Origin: an uncultured Pseudomonadota bacterium
GTDB lineage: Bacteria > Myxococcota_A > Polyangia > Fen-1088
Direction: 5' to 3'
NCBI GenBank assembly: GCA_963847705.1
Contig: CAWKBC010000021.1
Span: 64,001-128,000 of the forward strand
DNA length: 64,000 bases
This document shows, one piece after another, positions 10,035-21,035 of the stretch. Every line of letters begins with the position of its first letter. The first letter of the stretch is position 1. The translations under genes and the position numbers were made by a program. Below the pieces are notes generated by a model, which saw nothing but the letters and a program-made list of their open reading frames with translations, was not told the DNA's origin and ran no database searches.

Positions 10035-11480
10035 CTACAGGGGCGAGCGGACGACTGCCTGCTTCGGGGCGTGCGTCTGGGCCGGCGTCTGAGCTTGCTC
10101 GGGCTCCTGGATCAGAGCCTGCTTGCTCGCCTGTTTGGGCTGCCCGTCCCAAGGCGCTCCGTGAGGCGCTCCGTCGAGACGAATGACCCGGCCGCCGATG
10201 ACCGAGGGGGCCGCGGCCGCCGCCGCCGGTGCGCTCGGCACCTCGAGGATCACCCTCGAGCGTCGCTGCCAGGTGAAGTAGGACAGCGCCCATTCCATCA
10301 GGACGGCGATCCGGCTTCGAAAGCCGACCAGCGACAGCAGGTGAACGGTGAGCCAGAGCCACCAGGCGACGATTCCCGAGGCCTTGAAGCCGCCGATCTG
10401 CGCCACGGCCCGGTTGCGACCGATGGTGGCCATCGAGCCCTTGTCGACGTAGCGAAACGGCAGGCGCGGCTGCCCGTCGAGGCTGAGGCGGATGTTCTTG
10501 GCGGCGTGCCGGCCGCTCTGAATGGCCAGCTGGGCCACTCCCGGCAGCGGCTTGCCGTTCTGGGTCTTGGCGATGAGATCGCCGACCACGAACACCTCGG
10601 GGCAATCGGGCGCCGAGAGATCGTCCTCGACCCAGACGCGCCCGGCCTTGTCCAGCGGCACGCCGAGGTGGGCCGCCAGTGGATTCGCGCGCACGCCCGC
10701 CGCCCACAGCACGGTGCGGGCGGCGATCGACTCCTCGCCGAGCTCGACGAAGTCGTCCCCCAGATCGGTCACCCGCGCGGCGGTGCGAACCTCGATGCCG
10801 AGCGCGGTGAGCTGCTGGTGGGCCTTGCGCGACAGCTCCTCGGGGAAGGTCCCCAAGACGCGCGGGCCGGCCTCGATGAGGATGACCCGGGTGGTCTGGG
10901 GGTCGAACCGGCGAAAATCGCGCGCCAGCGTCCTTCCGGCGATCTCCGCCAGCGCCCCGGCCAGCTCGACGCCGGTGGGACCGCCGCCGATCACCACGAA
11001 GGTGGTCCAGGCCCGCTGGGCCTCGGCGGTGGTCTCGAGCTCGGCCGACTCGAAGGCGCGCAGAATGCGCCGGCGGATGTCCAGCGCGTCGCCCACGGTC
11101 TTCAATCCAGGGGCGTGCGCCGCCCACTTGTCGTTTCCGAAATAGGCGTGGGTCATCCCGGTCGCCACCACCAGGTAGTCGTAGTCGAGGTGCCGGTTCT
11201 CGAAGAGGATGCGCTTCTTCTCCACCTCGATGCGCTGGACGGCCCCCATGAGCACGGTGACGTTGCGCTGGCGCCAGAGCAGCTGGCGGATCGGCGCCGA
11301 GACATCCGGGGCGGCCAGCGCCGCGGTCGCCACCTGGTAGAGCAGCGGCTGGAACAGGTGGTGGTTGCTCTTGTCGATGAGCGTGATGCGGATCCCCGGC
11401 ACGTTGAGCTCCCGCGCCGCGGCCAGGCCACCGAACCCGCCGCCCAGGATGACCACGTGGGCTTGCTGTTTCCTCAACAT
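10035..11480 (-). CDS. ndh: Type II NADH:quinone oxidoreductase
   Basis: GGGFGGL, HLFQPLLYQVATA, GGGPTGVELAG, FRYVDKGSMATIGR. Confidence 0.9.
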   Translation of the reverse strand: MLRKQQAHVVILGGGFGGLAAARELNVPGIRITLIDKSNHHLFQPLLYQVATAALAAPDVSAPIRQLLWRQRNVTVLMGAVQRIEVEKKRILFENRHLDYDYLVVATGMTHAYFGNDKWAAHAPGLKTVGDALDIRRRILRAFESAELETTAEAQRAWTTFVVIGGGPTGVELAGALAEIAGRTLARDFRRFDPQTTRVILIEAGPRVLGTFPEELSRKAHQQLTALGIEVRTAARVTDLGDDFVELGEESIAARTVLWAAGVRANPLAAHLGVPLDKAGRVWVEDDLSAPDCPEVFVVGDLIAKTQNGKPLPGVAQLAIQSGRHAAKNIRLSLDGQPRLPFRYVDKGSMATIGRNRAVAQIGGFKASGIVAWWLWLTVHLLSLVGFRSRIAVLMEWALSYFTWQRRSRVILEVPSAPAAAAAAPSVIGGRVIRLDGAPHGAPWDGQPKQASKQALIQEPEQAQTPAQTHAPKQAVVRSPL

Positions 11481-11534
11481 ATGGCTCGGGCGAGCCTAGT
11501 CGACGATCGAAGGACTCGGCGTTTCCGAGCGGCC

Positions 11535-11560
11535 GAAGAGATGTAACGAAGAGATGTAAC
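11535..11560. promoter_or_regulatory. Perfect tandem 13-bp repeat between divergent ndh and pyk
   Basis: gaagagatgtaac twice (11535-11547, 11548-11560). Confidence 0.4.
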
Positions 11561-11640
11561 AGAGGGCCCGGTCGGACGAAAACGCGCGAAATCCACGACG
11601 TCGCGAAACCTGCGCGCAACATGACCCGCGATAGGCTTGG

Positions 11641-13119
11641 ATGTCAGCCTCGGAACGTCGTATCGCCCATATGCGCGGTCATTACAGACATACGAAGATC
11701 ATCGCCACGGTGGGCCCCTCGACCGAGGGCGCCGAGCGGCTGGGGCAGCTCATCAGCGCGGGGGTCGACGTCCTTCGGCTCAACATGGCCCACGGGACGG
11801 GCGAGTGGGCCGGGTCGCTGATCCAGCGCATCCGCGAGGTGTCGAACAAGCTCGGGCGGCACGTCGCCGTGATGATGGACGTCAAGGGCCCCGAGATCCG
11901 GACCGGACCGCTGGCCGAGCCGATCGATCTCAAGGCGGGGGAGATCCTCGAGCTTCACACGGTGACGGCGACCGACGGCGTCCGCAGCGTGTTCGTGAAC
12001 TATCCCGGGCTGCCGACCGACGTGAAGGTGGGGGCCACCATCCTCCTCGACAGCGGCCTCATGCGGCTGGTGGTGGTGGAGCTCGACCCGACGCACGTCC
12101 GCTGCCGCGTGCTGACGCCCGGCAAGCTCGGCTCCCGGCGCCACATCAACCTGCCGGGGGTCGACGTGGGCCTCCCGTCGCTGACGGAGAAGGACGAGAA
12201 GGACGTCCGCGCCGGCGTGGCGGCGGGGATCGACTTCGTGGCGCTCTCCTTCGTTCGCAAGAGCCAGGACGTCGCCGTGCTCCGGAGCCTGCTCGACCGG
12301 CTGGGGTCGAAGGCGCGAATCATCTCCAAGATCGAAGACCAGGGCGGCCTGCGCAACCTGCAGAGCATCGTGAAGGCCTCGGACGCGGTGATGGTGGCGC
12401 GCGGAGATCTGGGGATCGAGATCGAATACCACACGCTGCCGATCGTGCAGACGCGGATCGTCGACCTCTGTCTGACCGAGGGACGGCCGGTGATCATCGC
12501 GACGCAGCTCCTGGAGTCGATGATCAGCGCGCCGATCCCGACGCGCGCCGAGATCTCCGACATCTCCACCGCGGTGCGGGAGCGCGCCGACGCGGTGATG
12601 CTCTCGGGTGAGACGACAACCGGCCTCTATCCTCTCCAGTGCGTGGAGGTCATGACGAACATCGTCAAGAGCATCGAGCCGACCGAGAAGCGGCGCTTCA
12701 ACGAGGTGCTCGAGCTGGTCGAGCCGAAGGCGAAGATGCTGCGCGCGGCGGCGGTGCTGGCGCAGGAGCTGGGCGAGTCGGGCGTCGTGGTGTTCACCCG
12801 CAGCGGCTTTCTGGCCTACACCCTGGCCGCCTTGCGGGCGGTCGGCGTCCCGATCTACGCGTTCACCGATGACGAGGTGGTGTTCCGGCAGCTGCTGCTC
12901 CCCTGGGGCGTGGAGCCGTTCCTGATGCCCTTCAGTGACGATCCAGAGGCCACGGTGGAGAACGCGCTCGCCTACCTCCGCCGGCGCGAGTGGTGCAAGG
13001 TGGGGAGCTGGCAGGTCGTCATCACCAACGCGCTCGCCCACGACAAAGTCATCGACACGCTCCAGCTTCGGCAGATTCCGGCCGAGGCGGCCGGCACCGC
13101 GGGACCCGGCGCGCGATGA
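11641..13119 (+). CDS. pyk: Pyruvate kinase
   Basis: TKIIATVGP, RLNMAHG, KGPEIRTG, MVARGDLG, PTRAE, VMLSGET; alternative start 11671. Confidence 0.95.
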   Translation: MSASERRIAHMRGHYRHTKIIATVGPSTEGAERLGQLISAGVDVLRLNMAHGTGEWAGSLIQRIREVSNKLGRHVAVMMDVKGPEIRTGPLAEPIDLKAGEILELHTVTATDGVRSVFVNYPGLPTDVKVGATILLDSGLMRLVVVELDPTHVRCRVLTPGKLGSRRHINLPGVDVGLPSLTEKDEKDVRAGVAAGIDFVALSFVRKSQDVAVLRSLLDRLGSKARIISKIEDQGGLRNLQSIVKASDAVMVARGDLGIEIEYHTLPIVQTRIVDLCLTEGRPVIIATQLLESMISAPIPTRAEISDISTAVRERADAVMLSGETTTGLYPLQCVEVMTNIVKSIEPTEKRRFNEVLELVEPKAKMLRAAAVLAQELGESGVVVFTRSGFLAYTLAALRAVGVPIYAFTDDEVVFRQLLLPWGVEPFLMPFSDDPEATVENALAYLRRREWCKVGSWQVVITNALAHDKVIDTLQLRQIPAEAAGTAGPGAR

Positions 13120-14528
13120 CCCAAGCTCAGACGTCACCCACGGAGGTCGAGTTTCGCGGGGAGAACCTGACCATCCCGGAGCGGACGGAGCGCGTCGAGG
13201 CCGTCGACCTCCACATCAAGGCGCTCGGTCCCTGTCGCTACCGGTCGCCGCTGGTCACCCGGCTGGGAGATCGGGCCATGCACCACGTGGGGGAGGCGGA
13301 TCGGGTCCTGCTCGACGATCGGGCCTCCAGAGTCGTGGAGGCCGGCGCCATCGGCTTCGCCGCGCTGCCGACGTTCGAGCTGGCCGGCCCGCGCGATCGC
13401 ATCTTCTTCGACCCGGCCAAGCTCCGGGTCGGGATCGTGACCTGCGGCGGGCTCTGCCCGGGCATCAACAACGTCGTGCGCGGGCTGGTCCTCGAGCTGA
13501 CGCACGCCTACGGCGTCCAGGAGATCTTCGGCTTCCGCTACGGCTTCGAAGGGATCGTCCCCCGGTTCGGGCACGAACCGCTGCGGCTCACGCCGGAGAT
13601 GGTGGGGGCGGTCCACCACCAGGGGGGGACCATCCTCGGCACCTCGCGCGGCAGCCAAGATCCCGGTGAGATGGTCGACCAGCTGGAGAAGATGGGCATC
13701 GGGGCGCTGTTCGTCATCGGGGGGGACGGGACCTTGCGGGGCGCCACCAAGCTGGTGGGCGAGATCGACCGGCGGAAGCTGGCCATCTCCGTCGTCGGGA
13801 TCCCGAAGACGATCGACAACGACATCCACTTCATCGATCGCAGCTTCGGCTTCGAGAGCGCCGCCGCCGCCGCCGCCGAGGCGATTCGCAGCGCCCACGT
13901 CGAGGCGACCGGCGCCAACAACGGCATCGGCTTGCTGAAGGTGATGGGGCGGCACTCGGGGTTCATCGCCTGTCACGCGGCGCTGGCCTGCCCGGAGGCG
14001 AACTTCGTGCTCATCCCCGAGGTCTCCCTGAAGCTGGACGGAGAGAACGGATTTCTTCGCCATCTCGAGCGTCGGCTGGAGCAGCGGGCGCACGCCGTCA
14101 TCGTCGTCGCCGAGGGGGCGGGGCAGGAGCTCTGCGCCGCCGGTCCCGCGGTGGGCGGCGCCACCGGCGCCACCGACGCCAGCGGGAACGCGCGCCTCAA
14201 GGACATTGGCCTCGTGCTGCGGGAGCGGATCGTCCAGCACTTCGCCGGCCGTGGCGTGGAGATCACCCTCAAGTACATCGACCCCAGCTATCAGATACGC
14301 AGCGTTCCCGCCTCACCGTCGGACAGCGTCTACTGCTGGAACATGGCGCGCAACGCGGTCCACGCGGCGATGGCCGGCAACACCGGGATGCTGGTCGGCC
14401 GCTGGCACGGCCGGTTCGTCCACGTTCCGTTTCCGCTGGCGACGCGCTTTCGAAAGGAGGTCGACGTCAACGACGAGCTCTGGATGTCGGTCATCGAATC
14501 GACCGGCCAGCCCGCCTCCTTCGGCTGA
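13116..14528 (+). CDS. pfkA: ATP-dependent 6-phosphofructokinase
   Basis: GIVTCGGLCPG, GGTILGTSRG, GGDGT, PKTIDND, MGRHSGFIA, YIDPSY; ATGA overlap with pyk. Confidence 0.9.
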   Translation: MTQAQTSPTEVEFRGENLTIPERTERVEAVDLHIKALGPCRYRSPLVTRLGDRAMHHVGEADRVLLDDRASRVVEAGAIGFAALPTFELAGPRDRIFFDPAKLRVGIVTCGGLCPGINNVVRGLVLELTHAYGVQEIFGFRYGFEGIVPRFGHEPLRLTPEMVGAVHHQGGTILGTSRGSQDPGEMVDQLEKMGIGALFVIGGDGTLRGATKLVGEIDRRKLAISVVGIPKTIDNDIHFIDRSFGFESAAAAAAEAIRSAHVEATGANNGIGLLKVMGRHSGFIACHAALACPEANFVLIPEVSLKLDGENGFLRHLERRLEQRAHAVIVVAEGAGQELCAAGPAVGGATGATDASGNARLKDIGLVLRERIVQHFAGRGVEITLKYIDPSYQIRSVPASPSDSVYCWNMARNAVHAAMAGNTGMLVGRWHGRFVHVPFPLATRFRKEVDVNDELWMSVIESTGQPASFG

Positions 14529-14639
14529 CCTCGCGGCGGCGGTCCCACCGCCGGTGGCCGGATCGCCGCCGCAGGATGGCGAATGTGGCACCGCCTGGGA
14601 GGGCGCGCCTCACCTAGTCTCGACCCAGGAGGAGCGAGC

Positions 14640-15452
14640 ATGAATCCAAACCAGGCACTCTGGGAAAAAGGCGACTTCACGCGCATCGCGGCGAGCATGC
14701 GAGAGAGCGGGGAGGCCCTCGTTCGGGGCCTCGGCATCACGAAAGGGCTGGAGATCCTCGACCTCGGATGCGGCGACGGGACGACGGCCTTGCCCGCGGC
14801 GCGGCTGGGCGCCGAGGTGCTCGGCGTCGACATCGCCAGCAACCTCGTCGAGGCCGGCAACCGCCGCGCCCGGGCCGAGGGGCTCGCCAACTGCCGGTTT
14901 CAGCAGGGCGACGCCACCAACCTGAGCCAGCTCGCAGATCGTTCGTTCGACCTGGTCGTCAGCATCTTCGGTGCGATGTTCGCGCCCAGGCCCTTCGACG
15001 TGGCGAAGGAGATGGTGCGCCTGACCCGGCCTGGAGGCCGGATCGTCATGGGGAACTGGATTCCAGGCGATCCCACGCTGGTGGCGCAGATCCTGAAGAT
15101 CAGCTCGGCCTACGCGCCACCGCCGCCCGAGGGATTCGTCAGCCCCATGACCTGGGGGCTCGAGGCCAACGTGGTCGAGCGGTTCTCGGCGGCAGGGGTG
15201 TCGGCAGACAAGATCTCGGCGGTGCGGGACAGCTACTCCTTCAACTTTCCCGCCGCGCCCTCGGCGCTGGTGGCCGAGTTCCGGAGGTACTACGGGCCGA
15301 CGATGAATGCGTTCGAGGCGGCGGAGAAAAACGGTCGAGCGGCCGAGCTGGCAACGGAGCTGGACGTCCTGTTCCGCGGCCAGAACCGGAGCGCGCGCAG
15401 TGACCTGACCAGCATTCCGGCGACCTTCCTGCGCGTCACCGTCACCGTCTGA
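14640..15452 (+). CDS. Class I SAM-dependent methyltransferase
   Basis: ILDLGCGDG motif I, FDLVVSIFGAMFAP; aggagg RBS before ATG 14640. Confidence 0.85.
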   Translation: MNPNQALWEKGDFTRIAASMRESGEALVRGLGITKGLEILDLGCGDGTTALPAARLGAEVLGVDIASNLVEAGNRRARAEGLANCRFQQGDATNLSQLADRSFDLVVSIFGAMFAPRPFDVAKEMVRLTRPGGRIVMGNWIPGDPTLVAQILKISSAYAPPPPEGFVSPMTWGLEANVVERFSAAGVSADKISAVRDSYSFNFPAAPSALVAEFRRYYGPTMNAFEAAEKNGRAAELATELDVLFRGQNRSARSDLTSIPATFLRVTVTV

Positions 15453-15489
15453 GCGGACAGCCGGAGGTCTGCACCTCCGCGCCCTCGGA

Positions 15490-16146
15490 TCAGCGCGCGC
15501 GTTCGGCTTCGTCGAACAGCTCGTCGAGCGTGTAGATGCGTGTCCCCTTTTCCGGATCCAGCGCCGCGTTGACCATCGCCTTGGCGACCACCTCGCCCGG
15601 GATCTCACGGTACCTGCGCGCGATGCCGAAGGCATTGACGGCGCCGAGCAGCGCGCCGCCCAGCTTCTCCCCGACGCGCGCTTGCGGACGGCCACCGAGC
15701 AGACTCGGTCGCAGGATCCGGATCCGCTCGAAGCCGAGCTGTTGCACGTCGCGATCGAGCTCACCCTTGATGCGGGTGTAGAAGATGCTCGAGCTCGGAT
15801 TCGCCGACGACGCCGAGACGAGCACGTAGCAGGGGACGGCGTTGTTCGCGGCCGCCTTGGCGAAGGCCAGCTGGTAGTCGTAGTCGACCTTCTTCTGCGC
15901 GGCCAGGCTGCCGGCCTGCTTCCGCGTCGTCCCCAGCGACGAGAACGCCACGTCGCCCTTCACCAGCGACGACCACGACTCCGGCGCGTCGAAGTCGACG
16001 ACGTGGTCCTCCAGCTTCGGGTGAGACTGGCCGGTCTTCTTCCGGCCGAAGGCGATCACCTTGCCGAACCGCCCGTCGTTCAGCAGCTGACCCAGGAGCT
16101 GCGACCCGACCAGCCCGGTCGCCCCGATCATGAGCGCGGTATGCAC
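15490..16146 (-). CDS. NAD(P)H-binding oxidoreductase (TIP30/YraR-like)
   Basis: IGATGLVG, SLGTT.K.AGS, VDYDY, Y...KG, RPSLL. Confidence 0.85.
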   Translation of the reverse strand: MHTALMIGATGLVGSQLLGQLLNDGRFGKVIAFGRKKTGQSHPKLEDHVVDFDAPESWSSLVKGDVAFSSLGTTRKQAGSLAAQKKVDYDYQLAFAKAAANNAVPCYVLVSASSANPSSSIFYTRIKGELDRDVQQLGFERIRILRPSLLGGRPQARVGEKLGGALLGAVNAFGIARRYREIPGEVVAKAMVNAALDPEKGTRIYTLDELFDEAERAR

Positions 16147-16324
16147 CCGCGGAGCATACCCGTATCGAAAAGGAACGGCGGGCGATCGTCGCCGACCGTC
16201 GGCTGTGCGACGCCGATGCCGCTCGTTCGGCTCAATCCGGACGCGCGCGACGTCATCTGGGTGGGGGGCCGCGCGTCCGTCCAGAAGGATACGACCGGTG
16301 TCCGCGTCGCCGCCGCCTTCGAGG

Positions 16325-17170
16325 TCACGCCGGCGTCACTTCGTCGACGGTCTCCAGCGTGATGCGGCCCAGCGTGCCGGTGCGAAAGTCGTTCAGCAGC
16401 GAGACCGAGGCCCGGGCCAGGTCCGGCGCGCCGCCGGGCTTCTTGGCGGACGACCCGGTGGCGATGAGCGCCAGCAGCATGTGCTCGTTGCAGGGGCGGG
16501 GGAGCACGCCGTAGCGTTGCGCGAGCAGCTCCGGGTAGTGCCGGAGCAGATAGAGCCCCAGCGTCAGCGCGACCTCTTCGTCGTCGTAAGCCCCGCGCCC
16601 GATGCTGTGGAGCGCGGCCAGCCGGTGCGCGGTCGCCTGCTCCATCGCCGGCCACAGCATCCCCGGCGTGTCGACCAGGCTCATGCCGGGGCCCAGGCGA
16701 TGGAACATCTGAATCTTGGTGATGGCCGGCTCGTCGCCGACGTGCGCGACGTGGCGCTTCAGGATGGCGTTCATCAAGGTCGACTTCCCGACGTTGGGGA
16801 TGCCGAGGATCATCATGCGCAGCGGCTTGTCGGGCGCGCCGCGATCGGGGCGGAGCGCCCGGCAGGCGGTGAGGACCCGCTCGAGCTCGCCCTGCCTCTT
16901 GGCGCAGAGCGCGATGGCCTTCACGCCGGGCTGTGCGTTGTAGTGCTGCAGCCAGCGCTTGGTCTGCTCCGCATCGGCGACGTCCGACTTGTTCAGCAGC
17001 TTCAGCGCCGGTCGCTGCCCGGCCCGCCGCAATTTTTCGAACACCGGGTTGCAGCTGGAATGGGGCGCCCGCGCGTCGAGGACCTCGATGACGAGGTCGG
17101 TCGTGCGCATGGTCTCGGCCGCCTTGGTGCGGGCCGTGACCATGTGACCGGGGTACCAATTGATTGACAT
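16325..17170 (-). CDS. rbgA: Ribosome biogenesis GTPase RbgA/YlqF
   Basis: INWYPGHM N-terminus; circularly permuted G4 NKSD, G1 GIPNVGKS, G3 DTPG. Confidence 0.92.
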   Translation of the reverse strand: MSINWYPGHMVTARTKAAETMRTTDLVIEVLDARAPHSSCNPVFEKLRRAGQRPALKLLNKSDVADAEQTKRWLQHYNAQPGVKAIALCAKRQGELERVLTACRALRPDRGAPDKPLRMMILGIPNVGKSTLMNAILKRHVAHVGDEPAITKIQMFHRLGPGMSLVDTPGMLWPAMEQATAHRLAALHSIGRGAYDDEEVALTLGLYLLRHYPELLAQRYGVLPRPCNEHMLLALIATGSSAKKPGGAPDLARASVSLLNDFRTGTLGRITLETVDEVTPA

Positions 17171-17275
17171 GGCGCGGGGGGACGATACGCGATGGTGAGC
17201 AAAAAGATCGTTTATGCGCTAAGAGGAGGGTGCCACCCCAACCAGGCGGGCGCCCTTTTGCGCCTCAATGTGTGA

Positions 17276-19041
<1,766 letters not shown>

Positions 19042-19476
19042 CGAAGCTTACGCGGTCACAACCTGTCCGCGACCTGTCCGCATAAATTCGGGGACCCGCC
19101 GGTGTCTCCACCAACGGGTCCCCTATCTCCCCACCGAGCCCTCGCCTACCACATCCCCCAACCCCACTTCGGGCTCGCTCCAAACCCCCTGCCAGCCTAC
19201 GACCCGGAGTAATGCGAGCGGTGTGCCAGCCTTCCGGGCCGGGAAGCTGCGCGCCGCCCCGCCATCGAGGTCGAGCAAAGTAACGGTGCGTCGTAAGAGT
19301 GATACCGAGAGCGCCACGTTCTCGGCGAGGCACTGAGCGCGATCTCGAGCATTACGTTGGGCCCACAGAGAACGGAGGCGGCGAAATTGATCCGGATCCG
19401 GTATCGCTACGCTTGGGCTGGCGGGGAAAATGGCGGGCGACCGACTCTCCGGGGAATCGCAAAAGACAGGTCGGCG

Positions 19477-19950
19477 ATGCTGTGCATCACTCTGGCGGTG
19501 CTGGGATTGGCCATGGTTCTCGCGCACCTGACCGGCGAACGGTTGGTGCTCAGACGACTGTCGCGCCAGAGCACGGAATGGCCGAGGGTCGCCGGCGTCG
19601 TCGTCGATACCCGTTCGGTCTGGTCCTCGTCGCCAAGGAGTGGCCGCGCGTACTGGCCGCGCGTGCGATATCGATATGCCGTAGGCGGAACGGCGTACGT
19701 CGGCGACCGGGTGAGCTTCCGCGCCGACTACGCGCGCGCCGATGCCGAACGAGCGGTGGCCCGATATCCGGCGGGCTCAGCCGTCTCCGTTTCGTATAGC
19801 CCCGTCCACCCGGAAAGATCGGTCCTCGAACCAGGAACGTGGCACGACGGTCTCCTGATGAGCGTCCTCGTTCCCCTCACCGTCGCCGCCATCATGACGG
19901 TGCTTCTCTCGGTCGCCGTGTTGGTCTTGGTCTCGAAGCCGAGACGCTGA
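19477..19950 (+). CDS. DUF3592 domain membrane protein
   Basis: TM, then WP...G.V, VRYRY.V.G..Y, YP.G..V.V.Y.P..P..SVL, then TM. Confidence 0.75.
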   Translation: MLCITLAVLGLAMVLAHLTGERLVLRRLSRQSTEWPRVAGVVVDTRSVWSSSPRSGRAYWPRVRYRYAVGGTAYVGDRVSFRADYARADAERAVARYPAGSAVSVSYSPVHPERSVLEPGTWHDGLLMSVLVPLTVAAIMTVLLSVAVLVLVSKPRR

Positions 19951-19975
19951 CACCGTCGCCAGCCGAGGACGCTCC

Positions 19976-21019
19976 TCAGCAAGGACCTCGGCGGTCAGAC
20001 ATTGCGGTCATCGTCGTCGAGCCAGCCGTCGTCTGGTCGTCGACCTGGGCGGTCGACTTGGTCAGGTTGATCTCGCTGGCGACCACGTAGAGGGGCCGGC
20101 GCTTCACCTCTTCGTAGATGCGCCCCACGTACTCGCCCAAGATCCCCGTCATCAGCAGCTGCGCCGACGATCCGAGTCCGACCAGGATCATGATGGTCGT
20201 CCATCCCTTGACGACGCCGGTCCCGTACAGCTTCTCCCACAGCGCCCAGATCCCGCCGCCCATCGCGGTCAGGCCGGCCAGGATGCCGAACCAGGTCGCC
20301 ATCCGCAGCGGCACCGTCGAGAAGGAGGTGATTCCGTCGATGGCGAAGTTGAACATCTTGCGGAAGGGGTACTTCGTCTCACCCGCGAAGCGGGCCGGCC
20401 GTTCGTAGTCGACGGAGGTCTGCCGAAAGCCGACCCACCAGACGAGGCCCCGCACGAACCGGTGCTGCTCGCGCAGGGCCCGCAGCGTCAGCACCACCGA
20501 GCGGCTCATCAGTCGGAAGTCCCCCGCGTCGACGGGGATCTGCGCGCCGCCCAGCAGCGCACGCAACAGGCGGTAATAGGCCGCCGCGGTGAACCGCTTG
20601 AAGGCCGTCTCGCCGTGCCGGTGCGAGCGAACGCCGAACACGACGTCGAACCCCTCGCGCCACTTGGCCACCATCCGGCTGACCACCTCGGGCGGATCCT
20701 GCAGATCGGCGTCCATCACCACCACCGCGTCGCCGTTCGCGCGATCCAGTCCCGCGGTGATGGCCATCTGATGCCCGAAGTTGCGGGAGAGCGACAGGAC
20801 CTTGAAGCGGGGCTCCGTCGCCGCGAGCTCCTTCAAGAGAGGCAGCGACCGATCCTTCGATCCGTCGTTGACGAAGATGACCTCCCAGGACTCGCCGACG
20901 CCGCTCCCGGCGCCGGTCCCTAGGTCGGCCAGGAACGCGCGCAGCCGGCGGTCCAGCTCGGGGATGATCTCCTCCTCGTTGTAGATCGGAAGAACCAACG
21001 AAAGGATGGGCGCCTCCAT
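19976..21019 (-). CDS. GT2 polyprenol-phosphate glycosyltransferase (GtrB/YkcC-like)
   Basis: LVLPIYNEE, VNDGSKD, SRNFGHQ.A, DADLQDPP, GDFRLM, two C-terminal TMs, GEYVGRIY. Confidence 0.9.
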   Translation of the reverse strand: MEAPILSLVLPIYNEEEIIPELDRRLRAFLADLGTGAGSGVGESWEVIFVNDGSKDRSLPLLKELAATEPRFKVLSLSRNFGHQMAITAGLDRANGDAVVVMDADLQDPPEVVSRMVAKWREGFDVVFGVRSHRHGETAFKRFTAAAYYRLLRALLGGAQIPVDAGDFRLMSRSVVLTLRALREQHRFVRGLVWWVGFRQTSVDYERPARFAGETKYPFRKMFNFAIDGITSFSTVPLRMATWFGILAGLTAMGGGIWALWEKLYGTGVVKGWTTIMILVGLGSSAQLLMTGILGEYVGRIYEEVKRRPLYVVASEINLTKSTAQVDDQTTAGSTTMTAMSDRRGPC

Positions 21020-21035
21020 CGGGCCCCTATTTAAC

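Noticed and set aside
19060-19470. Long intergenic region as a riboswitch or ncRNA
   Set aside because: No recognisable aptamer consensus or terminator; the ORFs there are unconvincing
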